A stretch of 53,126 nucleotides of DNA, from positions 1-53,126 of the forward strand of contig JAYGCM010000059.1 of NCBI GenBank assembly GCA_046583355.1. Reading direction: 5' to 3'. This DNA is from Deltaproteobacteria bacterium (GTDB taxonomy: Bacteria > Desulfobacterota > Binatia > UBA12015). This document shows, in pieces, positions 19,864-30,171 of the stretch; positions within the stretch are counted from its first letter, which is position 1, and each line of letters starts with the position of its first letter. The position numbers were made by a program, and so were the translations under genes. The notes beneath the pieces were generated by a model, which was not told the origin of the DNA, searched no databases, and saw nothing but the letters and a program-made list of their open reading frames with translations.

Positions 19864-21633
19864 CTACTCGATATAATAGGAACCGAGCAGAAGGAACATT
19901 TCGTCTTCGGTGGTGACTCCGCCGCTGACCTCGCAGGCGTCGCAGAGGCCGTCGCCGGCGCCCGGGCTGGAATCGCAGGTGGTGTGGTCGTTCTCGCCGC
20001 CGCAGGGATCGCCGACCTTGCCGGACCAGCAATGCGAAGGCGTACAGCCGCCGAGGAAGAAGGTATTATTCGGGATCTCGGAGAAGCGTTTCACCACGCT
20101 CGGGTCCGGGTTGCCGTCTGCGTCGACACCGTTGTTGTAGTCGGCGCAATAGCTCAACGTGCGCTCGTCGGCGACTGATGAATCGAAGACCAGGGGCGGA
20201 TCATAATACTGATTGACGGGATCGTTGTAGACGAAATTCTCGTAGATCTGGTTGCCGTCGGGGTCGTTCACCCAGAAGCGTCCGCCGCGCTGATGGGTAT
20301 GCGAGAGCAAGTTGAAGAGGCGGGTTCCCTGCGGCGCTACCCAGGTATTGCAGTAGGTTTTGGTCTCGTAGGCGGGGATGCGCGGCGCCAGGATCATGTC
20401 GGCGTCGAAGATCTCCAATGCCTTCTGCTCGCGGTTGGTCGCGAATATCCAGTTGACGCGACCGTGCATCTTGAGGTCTTGCGCGGTGAGATTGAAGGCG
20501 TGGGAATTCCAATACACGATGCCGCGCAGCGGGACCGTGCTGTAGATGCCTTCGGGAAGGTAGCGGGTCTCGGCTGCCTGTTGGGCGACCAGAACCTGGC
20601 GGGTGCTGAGCGGGGAGGGCCCACCCGGGGGGCCGAAGCCGGTGCAGCCGGGCGTGTCGCGGATCTGGCTGATGCAATAGCCGTCGCCGCAAATGCCGGG
20701 CGTTTTCGGCGCGCAGCCTATGCCGTCATCGTCGCCGCCCAAGCAGGTCCATTGGCCGAAAGCGGCGTGGTCGACATCGGCTGAACCCTGGTAGTTCATG
20801 ATGATGAGGTGATGGCTATGCGGGTCCTGGCGCAGGTCGTAGGACTCGACGAAGAAGTTCTCGCCGTCGTCGCTTTGGAACTCGGCCGGCACCTGGTCGC
20901 TGAAATCGTAGTAGGCGGCGAAGCAGACTTCGCGCTCCGTGCCTGCGGGCAGCGGGTATTCCGGCAAGACGAGTTGCAGGCCTTCGTTCACGTCGGGCGG
21001 GTCGAGCGGCCGGATAGCGATCGGCACCTCGTCGGGCAGGCAAGCATTGAGGAGTTCGGCGGTCCCCGTGACCGTGCCGGTCTCAGGCGCGCCGGATTTG
21101 ATCCACAAGCGCAGTAGTTCAAGTTGGTCGGCGCTCAGCGTGGTTGCTGAGGTCGGCATCGGCGCGCCGCCGATTGTGACCGAGCCGGGATTCGTCTTGG
21201 CGGCGACCTTGAGCCAGAGGTAGCTGGCGTCGTTGTCGCCCGGTTCGATCAGGTCGAGCGCGCTGCCGTTGGCCGGCATTTCGTGGATATTTTCCCACGC
21301 AACGTCGGCGCGGAGATCGAGACCGCCTGCCATGCCGCTGCCATGGCAGGTGTCGTTGGCGCAATTATGGGCGACGAAGACCTGTTCATAGATGCCTTCC
21401 CAGGTGCTCTCGTAATCGGCACCATCGGGGCAGGCATCGGGGGTGGGCTCGGGTGTGGGCTCGGCGGTGGGCACCGGGGTGGGCTCCGCGGTGGGGCCGG
21501 GTTCCGGGGTCGGTGTGGCCTGAGGCAGATCGGAGTTCGAGCTGCCGCCGCAGCCGATTCCGAACATCAGCAGGGTCGCTAGCAGTAGCGACGATAGGGG
21601 CATCTCTCGGAGGGGGCGATTCACAAAGCGCAT
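19864..21633 (-). CDS. Lipoprotein: haem-c (CX4CH) domain fused to a copper type II monooxygenase domain, paralogue 2
   Basis: Lipobox FGIGC; PTPEP linker; CANDTCH...SYLWLKV...PMP...WIKSGA; SHHLII, WNSH, SHTHQRG, EDEMFLLLGSY. Start is 21633 or 21603. Confidence 0.72.
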   Translation of the reverse strand: MRFVNRPLREMPLSSLLLATLLMFGIGCGGSSNSDLPQATPTPEPGPTAEPTPVPTAEPTPEPTPDACPDGADYESTWEGIYEQVFVAHNCANDTCHGSGMAGGLDLRADVAWENIHEMPANGSALDLIEPGDNDASYLWLKVAAKTNPGSVTIGGAPMPTSATTLSADQLELLRLWIKSGAPETGTVTGTAELLNACLPDEVPIAIRPLDPPDVNEGLQLVLPEYPLPAGTEREVCFAAYYDFSDQVPAEFQSDDGENFFVESYDLRQDPHSHHLIIMNYQGSADVDHAAFGQWTCLGGDDDGIGCAPKTPGICGDGYCISQIRDTPGCTGFGPPGGPSPLSTRQVLVAQQAAETRYLPEGIYSTVPLRGIVYWNSHAFNLTAQDLKMHGRVNWIFATNREQKALEIFDADMILAPRIPAYETKTYCNTWVAPQGTRLFNLLSHTHQRGGRFWVNDPDGNQIYENFVYNDPVNQYYDPPLVFDSSVADERTLSYCADYNNGVDADGNPDPSVVKRFSEIPNNTFFLGGCTPSHCWSGKVGDPCGGENDHTTCDSSPGAGDGLCDACEVSGGVTTEDEMFLLLGSYYIE

Positions 21634-21845
21634 GTGGAGACGATGGCCAATTGACCTCGCCGAGGCAAGTCCGGGTGCCTGACCGGTCCGCATAGCCTTT
21701 GAGCGGCCCACGCACGCGTTAGGCGGGGGCGAAGAATGCTCTGTGGCCGGGTTTTGCTCGTCTACCGCATGCCGGAGCTGGCGGATTTTGGAGTTCGGGG
21801 TAGGTGGGTTAGCGGTGAGGGTGCGCCATAGGCGCGCGTGGACGC

Positions 21846-23297
21846 ATGGGAGACAAGGCGAGAGGCGGAATTGAGGCGGCCGGTCTGGCGGCCCGTTTGC
21901 GGGTCCTGGTCGGCGCCGAGGGGGTGATCGAGAGTGCCGCCTCGCTGCTGCCCTACGAATGCGATGGGTATACCTTGGAGCGCAGCGCGCCCGAGCTTGT
22001 GGTGCTGCCGGGTTCGCCCGAAGAGGTACAGCAGGTGCTGCGGCTGCTCTGGGAGGAGGGCGTTGCCTTCGTGCCCCGCGGTGCCGGCACCGGACTTGCC
22101 GGTGGTACTCTACCGGTCGGTGCCCCCGTGATGATCGGCACCAGTCGGCTCCGCGCAATCGAGTCGATCGATCTCGAAAATAGGCGCGTGACCGTGCAGA
22201 GTGGCGTGGTGAATATCGCCGTCTCGCGCGCCGTTGCGGAAGCCGGCCTCCTCTACGCGCCCGACCCCTCAAGCCAGACCGTGTGTACGGTCGGTGGCAA
22301 TATCGCCGAGAACTCCGGTGGCCCGCATACGCTCAAATATGGGGTGACGACCAATCATGTACTCGGCCTCGAGATGGTCCTGCCTGATGGGTCGGCGGTT
22401 ACGCTGGGTGGCTCGACCGAAGATACGCCGGGTTATGATTTGCGCGGGATCGCGATCGGCGCCGAGGGGACACTCGGGATCATCACCCGCGCGACCCTCT
22501 CGCTGGTGCGCGCCCCTGCGGCCTGCCGGACGTTTCTTGCGATCTTCGACTCGGTTGACGAGGCCAGCGCTGTGGTCTCGGCGATCATCGGCGCAGGCAT
22601 CATTCCGGCCGCCCTCGAGATGCTCGACGCCTTGATTATCCAGGCCGTGGAGGAAGCCTTCTCGGTCGGTTTCCCCGCGGATGCGGGCGCCGTCCTGCTG
22701 ATTGAACTCGACGGTGTGGAGGCAGGGCTCGCCGAGCAGAGCGAGCGGGTACAAGCGCTTTGTCGCAGCAACGGCGCGCGCGAGGTCCGGGTTGCCAACG
22801 ACGAGACCGAGCGCGCCTTGCTCTGGAAGGCGCGCAAGCGTGCCTTCGGGGCGGTGGGTCGATTGGCGCCGAATTATTGTACGCAGGATGGAGTCGTGCC
22901 GCGCACGCGCGTGCCCGATATCCTGCGCTCCATCGCGGCCACTGCCGAGCGCCATCAGCTGCGTATCGGCAATGTTTTCCACGCCGGTGACGGCAATATT
23001 CATCCTATAATCCTATTTGATGAACGCGACAAGGACGAAGTGAGGCGGGTGCTGGAAGCCGGGCGTGAGATTCTGGAAGCCTGTGTTGCGATGGGTGGCA
23101 GCATTACAGGGGAGCATGGCGTTGGCGTCGAGAAGATCGCGCAAATGCCGCTGCTCTTCTCGCCGCAGGATCTCCTCGCGATGACGCGTCTGCGCGAGGT
23201 ATTCGATCCCGAGCATCGCGCGAATCCGCACAAGATTTTTCCCGACGCGAAGTTCTGCGTCGAAGCGCGCACGCCGCGTCGCCAGGCTCCGATGTGA
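21846..23297 (+). CDS. glcD: Glycolate oxidase FAD-linked subunit
   Basis: PRGAGTGLAGG, YAPDPSS, GGPHTLKYG, HAGDGNIHP, GEHGVG; first gene of a coupled three-gene operon. Confidence 0.88.
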   Translation: MGDKARGGIEAAGLAARLRVLVGAEGVIESAASLLPYECDGYTLERSAPELVVLPGSPEEVQQVLRLLWEEGVAFVPRGAGTGLAGGTLPVGAPVMIGTSRLRAIESIDLENRRVTVQSGVVNIAVSRAVAEAGLLYAPDPSSQTVCTVGGNIAENSGGPHTLKYGVTTNHVLGLEMVLPDGSAVTLGGSTEDTPGYDLRGIAIGAEGTLGIITRATLSLVRAPAACRTFLAIFDSVDEASAVVSAIIGAGIIPAALEMLDALIIQAVEEAFSVGFPADAGAVLLIELDGVEAGLAEQSERVQALCRSNGAREVRVANDETERALLWKARKRAFGAVGRLAPNYCTQDGVVPRTRVPDILRSIAATAERHQLRIGNVFHAGDGNIHPIILFDERDKDEVRRVLEAGREILEACVAMGGSITGEHGVGVEKIAQMPLLFSPQDLLAMTRLREVFDPEHRANPHKIFPDAKFCVEARTPRRQAPM

Positions 23298-24469
23298 TGC
23301 ACGAGATTCCGCAGAGCGCAGAGGAGGCCGCCGCGCTGATTCGCCGCGCCCCCGCAGAGGGCTGGAACCTGCTGGCGACGGGGACCGGGGCTCACCTGGC
23401 AACGGGTGACGCCGACGAAGGCAATATGGTGCGTGTCGAAACGGCTGGATTCGCGGGCATCCGGGAGCATAGCGCCGCCGATATGACGGTCTGCGTTGGT
23501 GCGGGCACACGGCTGGGTGAGTTGGCCGAGCATCTTGCTCGGGCCGGGCAATGGTTGCCGATCGACCCGCCCAGAGCCGAAGAGACGACCATCGGTGGGT
23601 TGCTGGCCGCAAATCTTTCCGGTCCTTTGCGCGCATCGCAGGGCCGAGCGCGGGATCTTCTGCTCGGCATTCACACCCTGGACGGCCGCGGTGATCTCAT
23701 CAAAGGCGGCGGCAAGGTCGTGAAAAATGTGGCTGGTTACGACCTGCCGCGTCTTCATATCGGTGCCTGCGGTGGCCTCGGCCTGATTCTGGAAGCGACG
23801 TTTCAGGTGCGCCCGCGGCCGGAAGTGGAGCATGCCTGGGTTGCGCCACCCTGCGATGCCGAAAGCGCCGTGGCGCTCGCATTTGCTCTGCGTGCGGCGG
23901 CCGAGCCGGGCTGGCTGGAGTTGGCCGGCTCCGGCGTACTCGCCGCCGATGGCGTAACCGTCGTCGCCGGTGCGCTCGGTGGTCACGCCGACGTAGAATC
24001 TGCGATTGCCTCGTGGCGGGGCATCGCGGCCGGCGGCCGGCTGGAAGAAAACGCCGCCGCCCTGCGCCGAAGGCTGGCCGACGCGACGGCCGCAGCCGAT
24101 AGGATCGTCTTGAAAGCAGCCCTGTTGCCGAATCGACTCGGTGCCCTGCTCGCGGCCGCCGCCGAGGTCGGCGCTGCGCATAAAGAAAGTTCTACGCTCT
24201 TGGCACAGGCAACCGCCGGCGTAGCGCGGATGCTCACCCCTTCTATTCCGTGCGCGCTGGCCTGGATCGCGGCCTTGCGCGGCGCCTTGGAGGAGCAGGG
24301 CGGCTCGTTGATCGTCGAGCGCGCGCCTTCGGCTTTGCGCCAGGCCCTGCGCGCGCAGACCTCGTTGCGGGGCGCTACGCCGGCCACCATCGACTTGATG
24401 CGCGGGGTCAAGGCCTCCATGGACCCGCATGGCGTGCTCGCCGTCGGGCGTCTGGGCTGGGGAATCTGA
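23297..24469 (+). CDS. glcE: Glycolate oxidase FAD-binding subunit
   Basis: TIGGLLAANLSGP, GGKVVKNVAGYDL, KASMDPHGVL; TGATG overlaps with both neighbours. Confidence 0.85.
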   Translation: MHEIPQSAEEAAALIRRAPAEGWNLLATGTGAHLATGDADEGNMVRVETAGFAGIREHSAADMTVCVGAGTRLGELAEHLARAGQWLPIDPPRAEETTIGGLLAANLSGPLRASQGRARDLLLGIHTLDGRGDLIKGGGKVVKNVAGYDLPRLHIGACGGLGLILEATFQVRPRPEVEHAWVAPPCDAESAVALAFALRAAAEPGWLELAGSGVLAADGVTVVAGALGGHADVESAIASWRGIAAGGRLEENAAALRRRLADATAAADRIVLKAALLPNRLGALLAAAAEVGAAHKESSTLLAQATAGVARMLTPSIPCALAWIAALRGALEEQGGSLIVERAPSALRQALRAQTSLRGATPATIDLMRGVKASMDPHGVLAVGRLGWGI

Positions 24470-25719
24470 TGCGCTTTGTCGAAGAGGAAAAACTGCTCTC
24501 CTGCGTGCATTGCGGCTTCTGCCTGCAGGCCTGCCCGACCTATTTGGAGACCGGGTCGGAGGCCGATTCGCCGCGCGGCCGCATCCTGCTGATTCAGGCC
24601 CTGGAGGAAGGCCGAATCGAAGCCGATGCTTCCGTGCGGGCCCATCTCGATGGTTGTTTGGGCTGCCGAGCCTGCGAACCGGCGTGTCCGGCGGGGGTTC
24701 CCTACGGCTCGCTGATCGAGGCGGCGCGACCCTTTGTGGAACAATCACGCCCGTTGCCGAGTCGCTTGGCCCGGCGCGCGCTCGCGCGTGTGCTCACAGC
24801 CGCCGCGCCGCGGCGGTTGGCCGGCCGGCTCTTGCGGCCGCTGCTCGGCCATCCGGCACTCGCCCGGCTTGCCCGGCGAATTCCTCTAGCGCCGCTTGCC
24901 TACGCCGCCGCGCTAAGCGCCGATCCGGAGGGAACTCCGCTGCCGCGCGTGCTCGAAGCGCGCGGCCCGTCGCGCGGCACCGTAGCGTTGCTCGAAGGCT
25001 GTGTTGCCGAGACGGCCTTCCGGGCCACCAACCGGGCGACAGCACGTCTGCTCGCCCATGCCGGCTATCGCGTCGTGGTTCCGGCCGCAGCCGGATGTTG
25101 TGGTGCGTTGCCGCTGCATCTCGGCGACGCCGTCGCGTCGCGCGCGCTCGCAACCAAGCTGGCACGGATTGCGGCCGAGACGGATGCGGATTGGATCGTA
25201 CCGACAGCTGCGGGCTGCGGCGCCCATCTGCAGGGCCTGGCCGAGCTGCTGCCCGACGATCCGCATGCGGCCCAGCTCGCAGCGAAGGTGCGCGACCCCC
25301 TCTCGCTTCTCGCCCAAGGCGGGCTGCCGGTCCCCCCGCACGCAATTGCGCAGAAGGTCGCCGTGCACGAGCCCTGTCATCTGATCCATGCCCAGCATGT
25401 GAGCGACGAGGTCCGTGTGCTGCTCGGCACGATCACGGGACTCGAGCTGGTGCCGCTGATGGAGGCGGATGTTTGTTGCGGCAGCGCGGGAACCTATAAC
25501 CTCACCCAACCCGCGATGGCGCGGCGCCTGCGCGACCGCAAGCTACGCAATATCCACCAAAGCGGAGCCGCCCTCATCGCGGCCGCGAATCCGGGCTGTC
25601 TGCTGCAGATCCGCGCCGGGGCCATTCTCGATGAGGCCCCTTTCGAGATCGTCCACCCGATTGACCTCCTCGCCCGCGCGCATGGCTTGGAGGCCCGCAC
25701 CGCTAGAAACGGTGGCTGA
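24469..25719 (+). CDS. glcF: Glycolate oxidase iron-sulfur subunit
   Basis: CVHCGFCLQACP and CLGCRACEPACP 4Fe-4S motifs, CCGA and CCGSAGTYN CCG domains, ANPGC. Confidence 0.9.
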   Translation: MRFVEEEKLLSCVHCGFCLQACPTYLETGSEADSPRGRILLIQALEEGRIEADASVRAHLDGCLGCRACEPACPAGVPYGSLIEAARPFVEQSRPLPSRLARRALARVLTAAAPRRLAGRLLRPLLGHPALARLARRIPLAPLAYAAALSADPEGTPLPRVLEARGPSRGTVALLEGCVAETAFRATNRATARLLAHAGYRVVVPAAAGCCGALPLHLGDAVASRALATKLARIAAETDADWIVPTAAGCGAHLQGLAELLPDDPHAAQLAAKVRDPLSLLAQGGLPVPPHAIAQKVAVHEPCHLIHAQHVSDEVRVLLGTITGLELVPLMEADVCCGSAGTYNLTQPAMARRLRDRKLRNIHQSGAALIAAANPGCLLQIRAGAILDEAPFEIVHPIDLLARAHGLEARTARNGG

Positions 25720-28075
25720 GTTCGGCGCCCCAGGTGGCGGGTTCGCCCCAGAATCGCATTGCGCTTCCCCAAGCCGATGCAGTCGCCGGCATTGCCCATT
25801 GCAGGTATTTCGTTCCGGTTACGTTCTGGCCCCAGAGGGCGAATTGCGCCGTGTCGTCGAGGAAATCATAGCTCAAGCGGAGATGGAGGAGATGGTAGGC
25901 CGGCTGGTGTGAGGCCCAGATCTCCGGTGCCTCGAAATGGAAGGAGCTGCGGTAGCTCCAATCGAAGCGTGGTGTGATCCAGCCGTTCATCCACACCGGT
26001 CCGGCAAGGGAAAGCGGGATCGAATACTGCATGGACAGATGGGTCTGCAGGTGGGGGGTGTGGGGGAATGTCTCGCCGGCTCGGCTGATCGGCTGGCCGG
26101 TGAGTTGGCTCGGCGCGTCTGGGAAGTTGTTGTAGCGAGCATCGAGAAGGCCCATGGACCCGGTGATGCGGAAGCCTTCTATCGGCAAAGCAATGAATTC
26201 AAACTCGATGCCGCGGGTGGTTGCCCGGGCGGCGTTCACCGTCACTTGCGCGATATTCGGGATGACTTCTCCTTGTTCGGTCAGATCCAGAAGCTGGGTG
26301 ACCTGAATATCGTCATAGAGCCCCAGGAACACCGCGACGTTGATGGTCAACTGGTGGTCGAAGAGAATGCTTTTTGCGCCGACCTCGAAGGAGTTGAGGG
26401 TTTCGGGTGCGAACTCCGTCAGGTTGATATCGCTCGGATTCAACACGCCGTTGAAGCCTCCACCTTTGAAGCCCCGCGCGTAGGTGAAGTACGAGAGCAG
26501 GGAATCGAATGCTGTCCCTTCCAGAATTTCTTCCGGCATCAGGATTGAGACGGTGCCCATCGGCGTCCAGGCGGTGAACCATTCGGATTTCGGATCTTCC
26601 GTCTGTGGCGGAAGGTCCGGGTTGAAGGGGTCGATATTGGATTGCTCGATGCCCTTGCGGTCCTCACTATAGCGTAATCCGCCGGTCAGGCTCAGCCAAT
26701 CGGTGACGGAATACGTGGTCTGACCGAAGAGGGCCCAAGTGAAGTTGTCGATGGCGGTGATATTTTCTTTGCCGAAATGGATGGCCGTTTCAAAGCCCGA
26801 GAGCACCACCCGGTTGTCCTGGCCTTCTTCCCAGAGTGCAAAGTAGCCGACGATGAAGTCGAGACGGTCGTTGAGGGCGACGCCGCTGAGTTGAAACTCC
26901 TGTTGCACCTGGCGCTGAAAGCCGGGCTTGCCGTCGAAAGGACTGCCGCCCCCGGCATTCGAGATCTGCACGATGGTCAGATCCGTACCGTCGAAATCCT
27001 GGCGTAGGCGAAAACTCTGCTCGCGCCAGGACGTGATGGATTTCGCGTTCAGGTCGACGCCGGCAAATTCGCCGAGCGCCCAATCGATCGTTCCCCAGGT
27101 TCCGTAGCTCACGACATCCGAGAGTTGGGAAGTATCGGACCAATTCTTATAAGGCTCGCTGCGGTCGCAGGCGGCTTTCACGTCGATCCCGATCCCCGTA
27201 TAGAGGGCCTGTAGCCCGGTCTTCTGGATATAGACGCATTGCCCGCCGGTGCCGTAGCCGTGGTCGCGTGACCACGATCCGCTGAGGTCGACAATGATAT
27301 CGTCGTGCGGGAGCCAGCGCAGGGAGCCGAGGAAGGCCAGCGTATTGCGGTCGGCCCAGAGTTGGGTGCGGGGCACGTTCTCGACCCAGCCGCCGTTCTG
27401 GATTGTGGCAAACGCCGCCCGAGCGAAGAGGCGGTCTTGGAAGGGGCCGATATCGATCGGCGCGTTCAGCATGGCGCGGGTAAGAAGAGTGTTGCGCGAG
27501 CCCGGACGAACCAGCACGAACGCCTCCAGCCTGTCTTTGGGCTTGGTTGTCGTGATATTCAGCGCACCGCCAACAGTATTCTTGCCAAAGAGGGTGCCTT
27601 GGGGGCCGCGCAGGATCTCGATTTGCTCGATATCGACGACGTCGAGCAGGCCGCCGACCGAACGCGGTAGGAAGACGCCGTCGATGAAGACGCCCACGCC
27701 GGGGTCAAATGCCATATCGGAACTCGATGTGCCGACACCGCGAATGATGATCTGCGCCTCGACATTCGAGTCGCTGCCGAAGATCTGCAGGTTCGGGACG
27801 AGGTCCTGAATTTCGTCGAGGCGGGTGATGCCGGCCGCACGCAGGGTATCCTCGCTGAGTGCGGTGACGGCAACCGGGGTCTCCTCAAGCCGCTCGGCGC
27901 GTTTGCGCGCGGTGACGACGATTTCTTCGATCCGGTTGCTCGGAGCGGTCGCCTCGCTTTCGGCCCTAAAGGCCGGCTCGTCGGGTACGGCCACGGCCTG
28001 CTGGGCCTGCGCGGGCCGGTGGGGCACCCCCAGGAGACTGAGAACAAGGCCGAGGGCGACGGTCGCGCGATGCAC
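25703..28075 (-). CDS. TonB-dependent outer-membrane receptor
   Basis: Signal peptide, TonB box IEEIVVTARKR, plug IEILRGPQGTLFGKNTVGG, GFKGGGFN, terminal Phe. GTG start at 28075 or 28108. Confidence 0.92.
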   Translation of the reverse strand: MHRATVALGLVLSLLGVPHRPAQAQQAVAVPDEPAFRAESEATAPSNRIEEIVVTARKRAERLEETPVAVTALSEDTLRAAGITRLDEIQDLVPNLQIFGSDSNVEAQIIIRGVGTSSSDMAFDPGVGVFIDGVFLPRSVGGLLDVVDIEQIEILRGPQGTLFGKNTVGGALNITTTKPKDRLEAFVLVRPGSRNTLLTRAMLNAPIDIGPFQDRLFARAAFATIQNGGWVENVPRTQLWADRNTLAFLGSLRWLPHDDIIVDLSGSWSRDHGYGTGGQCVYIQKTGLQALYTGIGIDVKAACDRSEPYKNWSDTSQLSDVVSYGTWGTIDWALGEFAGVDLNAKSITSWREQSFRLRQDFDGTDLTIVQISNAGGGSPFDGKPGFQRQVQQEFQLSGVALNDRLDFIVGYFALWEEGQDNRVVLSGFETAIHFGKENITAIDNFTWALFGQTTYSVTDWLSLTGGLRYSEDRKGIEQSNIDPFNPDLPPQTEDPKSEWFTAWTPMGTVSILMPEEILEGTAFDSLLSYFTYARGFKGGGFNGVLNPSDINLTEFAPETLNSFEVGAKSILFDHQLTINVAVFLGLYDDIQVTQLLDLTEQGEVIPNIAQVTVNAARATTRGIEFEFIALPIEGFRITGSMGLLDARYNNFPDAPSQLTGQPISRAGETFPHTPHLQTHLSMQYSIPLSLAGPVWMNGWITPRFDWSYRSSFHFEAPEIWASHQPAYHLLHLRLSYDFLDDTAQFALWGQNVTGTKYLQWAMPATASAWGSAMRFWGEPATWGAELSHRF

Positions 28076-28191
28076 CGCAGTTTTCTTTCGTTGGATTCGG
28101 TTCGACACGTAGCGGAGGTACTTCCTTTTTCGCGGCACGAGGTCAAGAGGGAGCGAGCATGGGACGTCGCCCATTTGGTCGGCCTCGTACT

Positions 28192-30171
28192 TCAAACCGA
28201 GGCGGCCTGTTCGAGCGCGTTCTGACGATCCAGCCAGAGCTCTTCGCATTCCTCGAGTTTGCGGCTCAACTCGGCGTGTCGTTGCTGCGCTTCGCGGACC
28301 GCAGTGTTGCCTGCATCATAGGTGGACGGATCAGCGAGTTCCGCCTCGACGGCTGTCTTTGCGGTGTTGAGACAGCCCATATCTTTTTCGAGACGAGCGA
28401 TTTCCGCGCGCAGGACTTTGGTGTCGGCGGCAAGCCGGTTGCGCTTCTCCGCTTCCTGGCGCCGTTCCTCACGACGCACCTTTGCGCTGCGCTCGCCGGA
28501 ATCCGCAGCCGCTGGCGTACGGGCGGTATCGACCGCTGCGGTGGCCGGGGCTGCGGTGTCGGCACCGCTTTCTTCTTGCTTGCGTCGCCACAGATAATGC
28601 TGCCAATCGCCCTGGTAGTCGCGCACCTCACCATGCTCGATACGGACCACCCGTTGCGCGATCTTCTGGATGAAATGGATATCGTGGCTGACGAAGCAGA
28701 GTGTGCCCTGGAAGCGCTCAAGCGCGTCAACCAGAGCATCGACCGAGGCCATATCGAGGTGGATGGTGGGTTCGTCCATCAGCAGAACACTGGGCGGGTC
28801 GAGCAGGACCATGGCCAGGGCGAGCCGGCTCTTCTCTCCGCCGCTGAGTACGCCGGCACGTTTGTCGACATCGCTGCCGCGGAAAAGGAAAGCGCCGAGC
28901 AGCGTGCGGATCTTGGGGACACCCGCATCACGCGCCGAGCCCATCGCATTCTCCAAGACGCTCGCATTCAGATTGAGCATCTCCTGGCGGTGCTGGCCGT
29001 AGTAGCCAACCGTGGCGCGCAGGCCGACATCGCGCTCGCCGGTGTCGATTGCCAGCACGCCACCGAGCATCTTGAGGAGCGTCGATTTGCCCGCTCCATT
29101 GGGGCCAACAAGCACTGTTTTTTCGCCGCGTTCGAGGCGGAAATCGAGGTTTTCATAGACTCGTTTTTCGCCGTAGGTCTTCGCCACGGCGCGCAGCTCC
29201 AACGCGATACGCGAGGTGCGCGGTGGTTGCGGGAATTGGAAGGCGACGCGCTTGGCATCTTTGACCAGGACGATGCGCTTCTCTTTTTCCAGAGCCTTGA
29301 TGCGGCTCTGTACTTGGCGGGCCTTGGTCGCCTTGGCGCGGAAGCGCTCGATGAATTGCTCGGTCTCCTTGATGCGCCGTGCCTGCGATTCGGCGGCGGC
29401 CTCGAGCTGCGCACGGCGCTCGTCGCGCTGGCGGATGTAGCTGGAGAACGAGCCGCTGTAGCGGGTCACCTCACCGTGATCGACCTCGAGCGTGACGCGC
29501 GTGAGCGCTTCGAGAAAGGCGCGGTCGTGCGAGATCAGGATCAGGGTGAGATCGGCACCGGCCAGATGATCTTGCAGCCAAAGAACGGATTCGAGGTCGA
29601 GGTGGTTGGTCGGTTCATCGAGTAGGAGAATATCGGGTGGTGTGGTGAGCAGACGAGCCAACTCGGCGCGCATCGCCCAGCCCCCGGAGAGCTCGCGCAG
29701 CGGGCGCTCGTCCTCGCCATCCGAGAAGCCGAGGCCGGAGAGTACGCGTCGCGCGCGGGCTTCGCGGTCGTGTCCACCGAGCCGGGCAAAGCGATCATGC
29801 GCATCGGCCAGTCGCGCGGCAAGCTTTTCCTGTTGCTCGGGCGTAGCCGCAGCGAGTCGATCCGGCAGGGTCTCGATCTCGTCTTCGAGCCGGGCAAAAT
29901 CCTCGTCCGGCCGCAGCGCCACCGAGAGTGCGGTTTCGTCGGATTGCGAGTCGAGCTCCTGGCGCAGCATGCCGATGCGTACGCCGCCGTTGCGCCCGAC
30001 ACGCCCGGCATCGGGCAAAGTCTCGCCGATCAGCAGACGAAGCAGCGTGGTCTTGCCCGCGCCATTGGGCCCGACAATGCCGACCCGCTCGCCACGCTCA
30101 AAGCGCAGGTTCAGTCCCTCGAAGAGCGTGCGCCCACCGACGGCTTTGTGAATATCATCGAGCCAGATCAC
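28192..30171 (-). CDS. ABC-F family ATP-binding protein (YheS/Uup-like)
   Basis: Two ABC domains (GPNGAGKTT/LSGGW/DEPTNHLD and GPNGAGKST/LSGGE/DEPT), linker FIERFRAKATKARQVQSRIK, C-terminal coiled coil; no TM segments. Confidence 0.93.
   Translation of the reverse strand: MIWLDDIHKAVGGRTLFEGLNLRFERGERVGIVGPNGAGKTTLLRLLIGETLPDAGRVGRNGGVRIGMLRQELDSQSDETALSVALRPDEDFARLEDEIETLPDRLAAATPEQQEKLAARLADAHDRFARLGGHDREARARRVLSGLGFSDGEDERPLRELSGGWAMRAELARLLTTPPDILLLDEPTNHLDLESVLWLQDHLAGADLTLILISHDRAFLEALTRVTLEVDHGEVTRYSGSFSSYIRQRDERRAQLEAAAESQARRIKETEQFIERFRAKATKARQVQSRIKALEKEKRIVLVKDAKRVAFQFPQPPRTSRIALELRAVAKTYGEKRVYENLDFRLERGEKTVLVGPNGAGKSTLLKMLGGVLAIDTGERDVGLRATVGYYGQHRQEMLNLNASVLENAMGSARDAGVPKIRTLLGAFLFRGSDVDKRAGVLSGGEKSRLALAMVLLDPPSVLLMDEPTIHLDMASVDALVDALERFQGTLCFVSHDIHFIQKIAQRVVRIEHGEVRDYQGDWQHYLWRRKQEESGADTAAPATAAVDTARTPAAADSGERSAKVRREERRQEAEKRNRLAADTKVLRAEIARLEKDMGCLNTAKTAVEAELADPSTYDAGNTAVREAQQRHAELSRKLEECEELWLDRQNALEQAASV

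Noticed and set aside
21634..22272. 213-aa N-terminal extension of monooxygenase paralogue 2 in the ORF track
   Set aside because: Overlaps glcD on the other strand and is Arg/Pro-rich noise; the lipoprotein signal and paralogue 1 place the start at 21633 or 21603.
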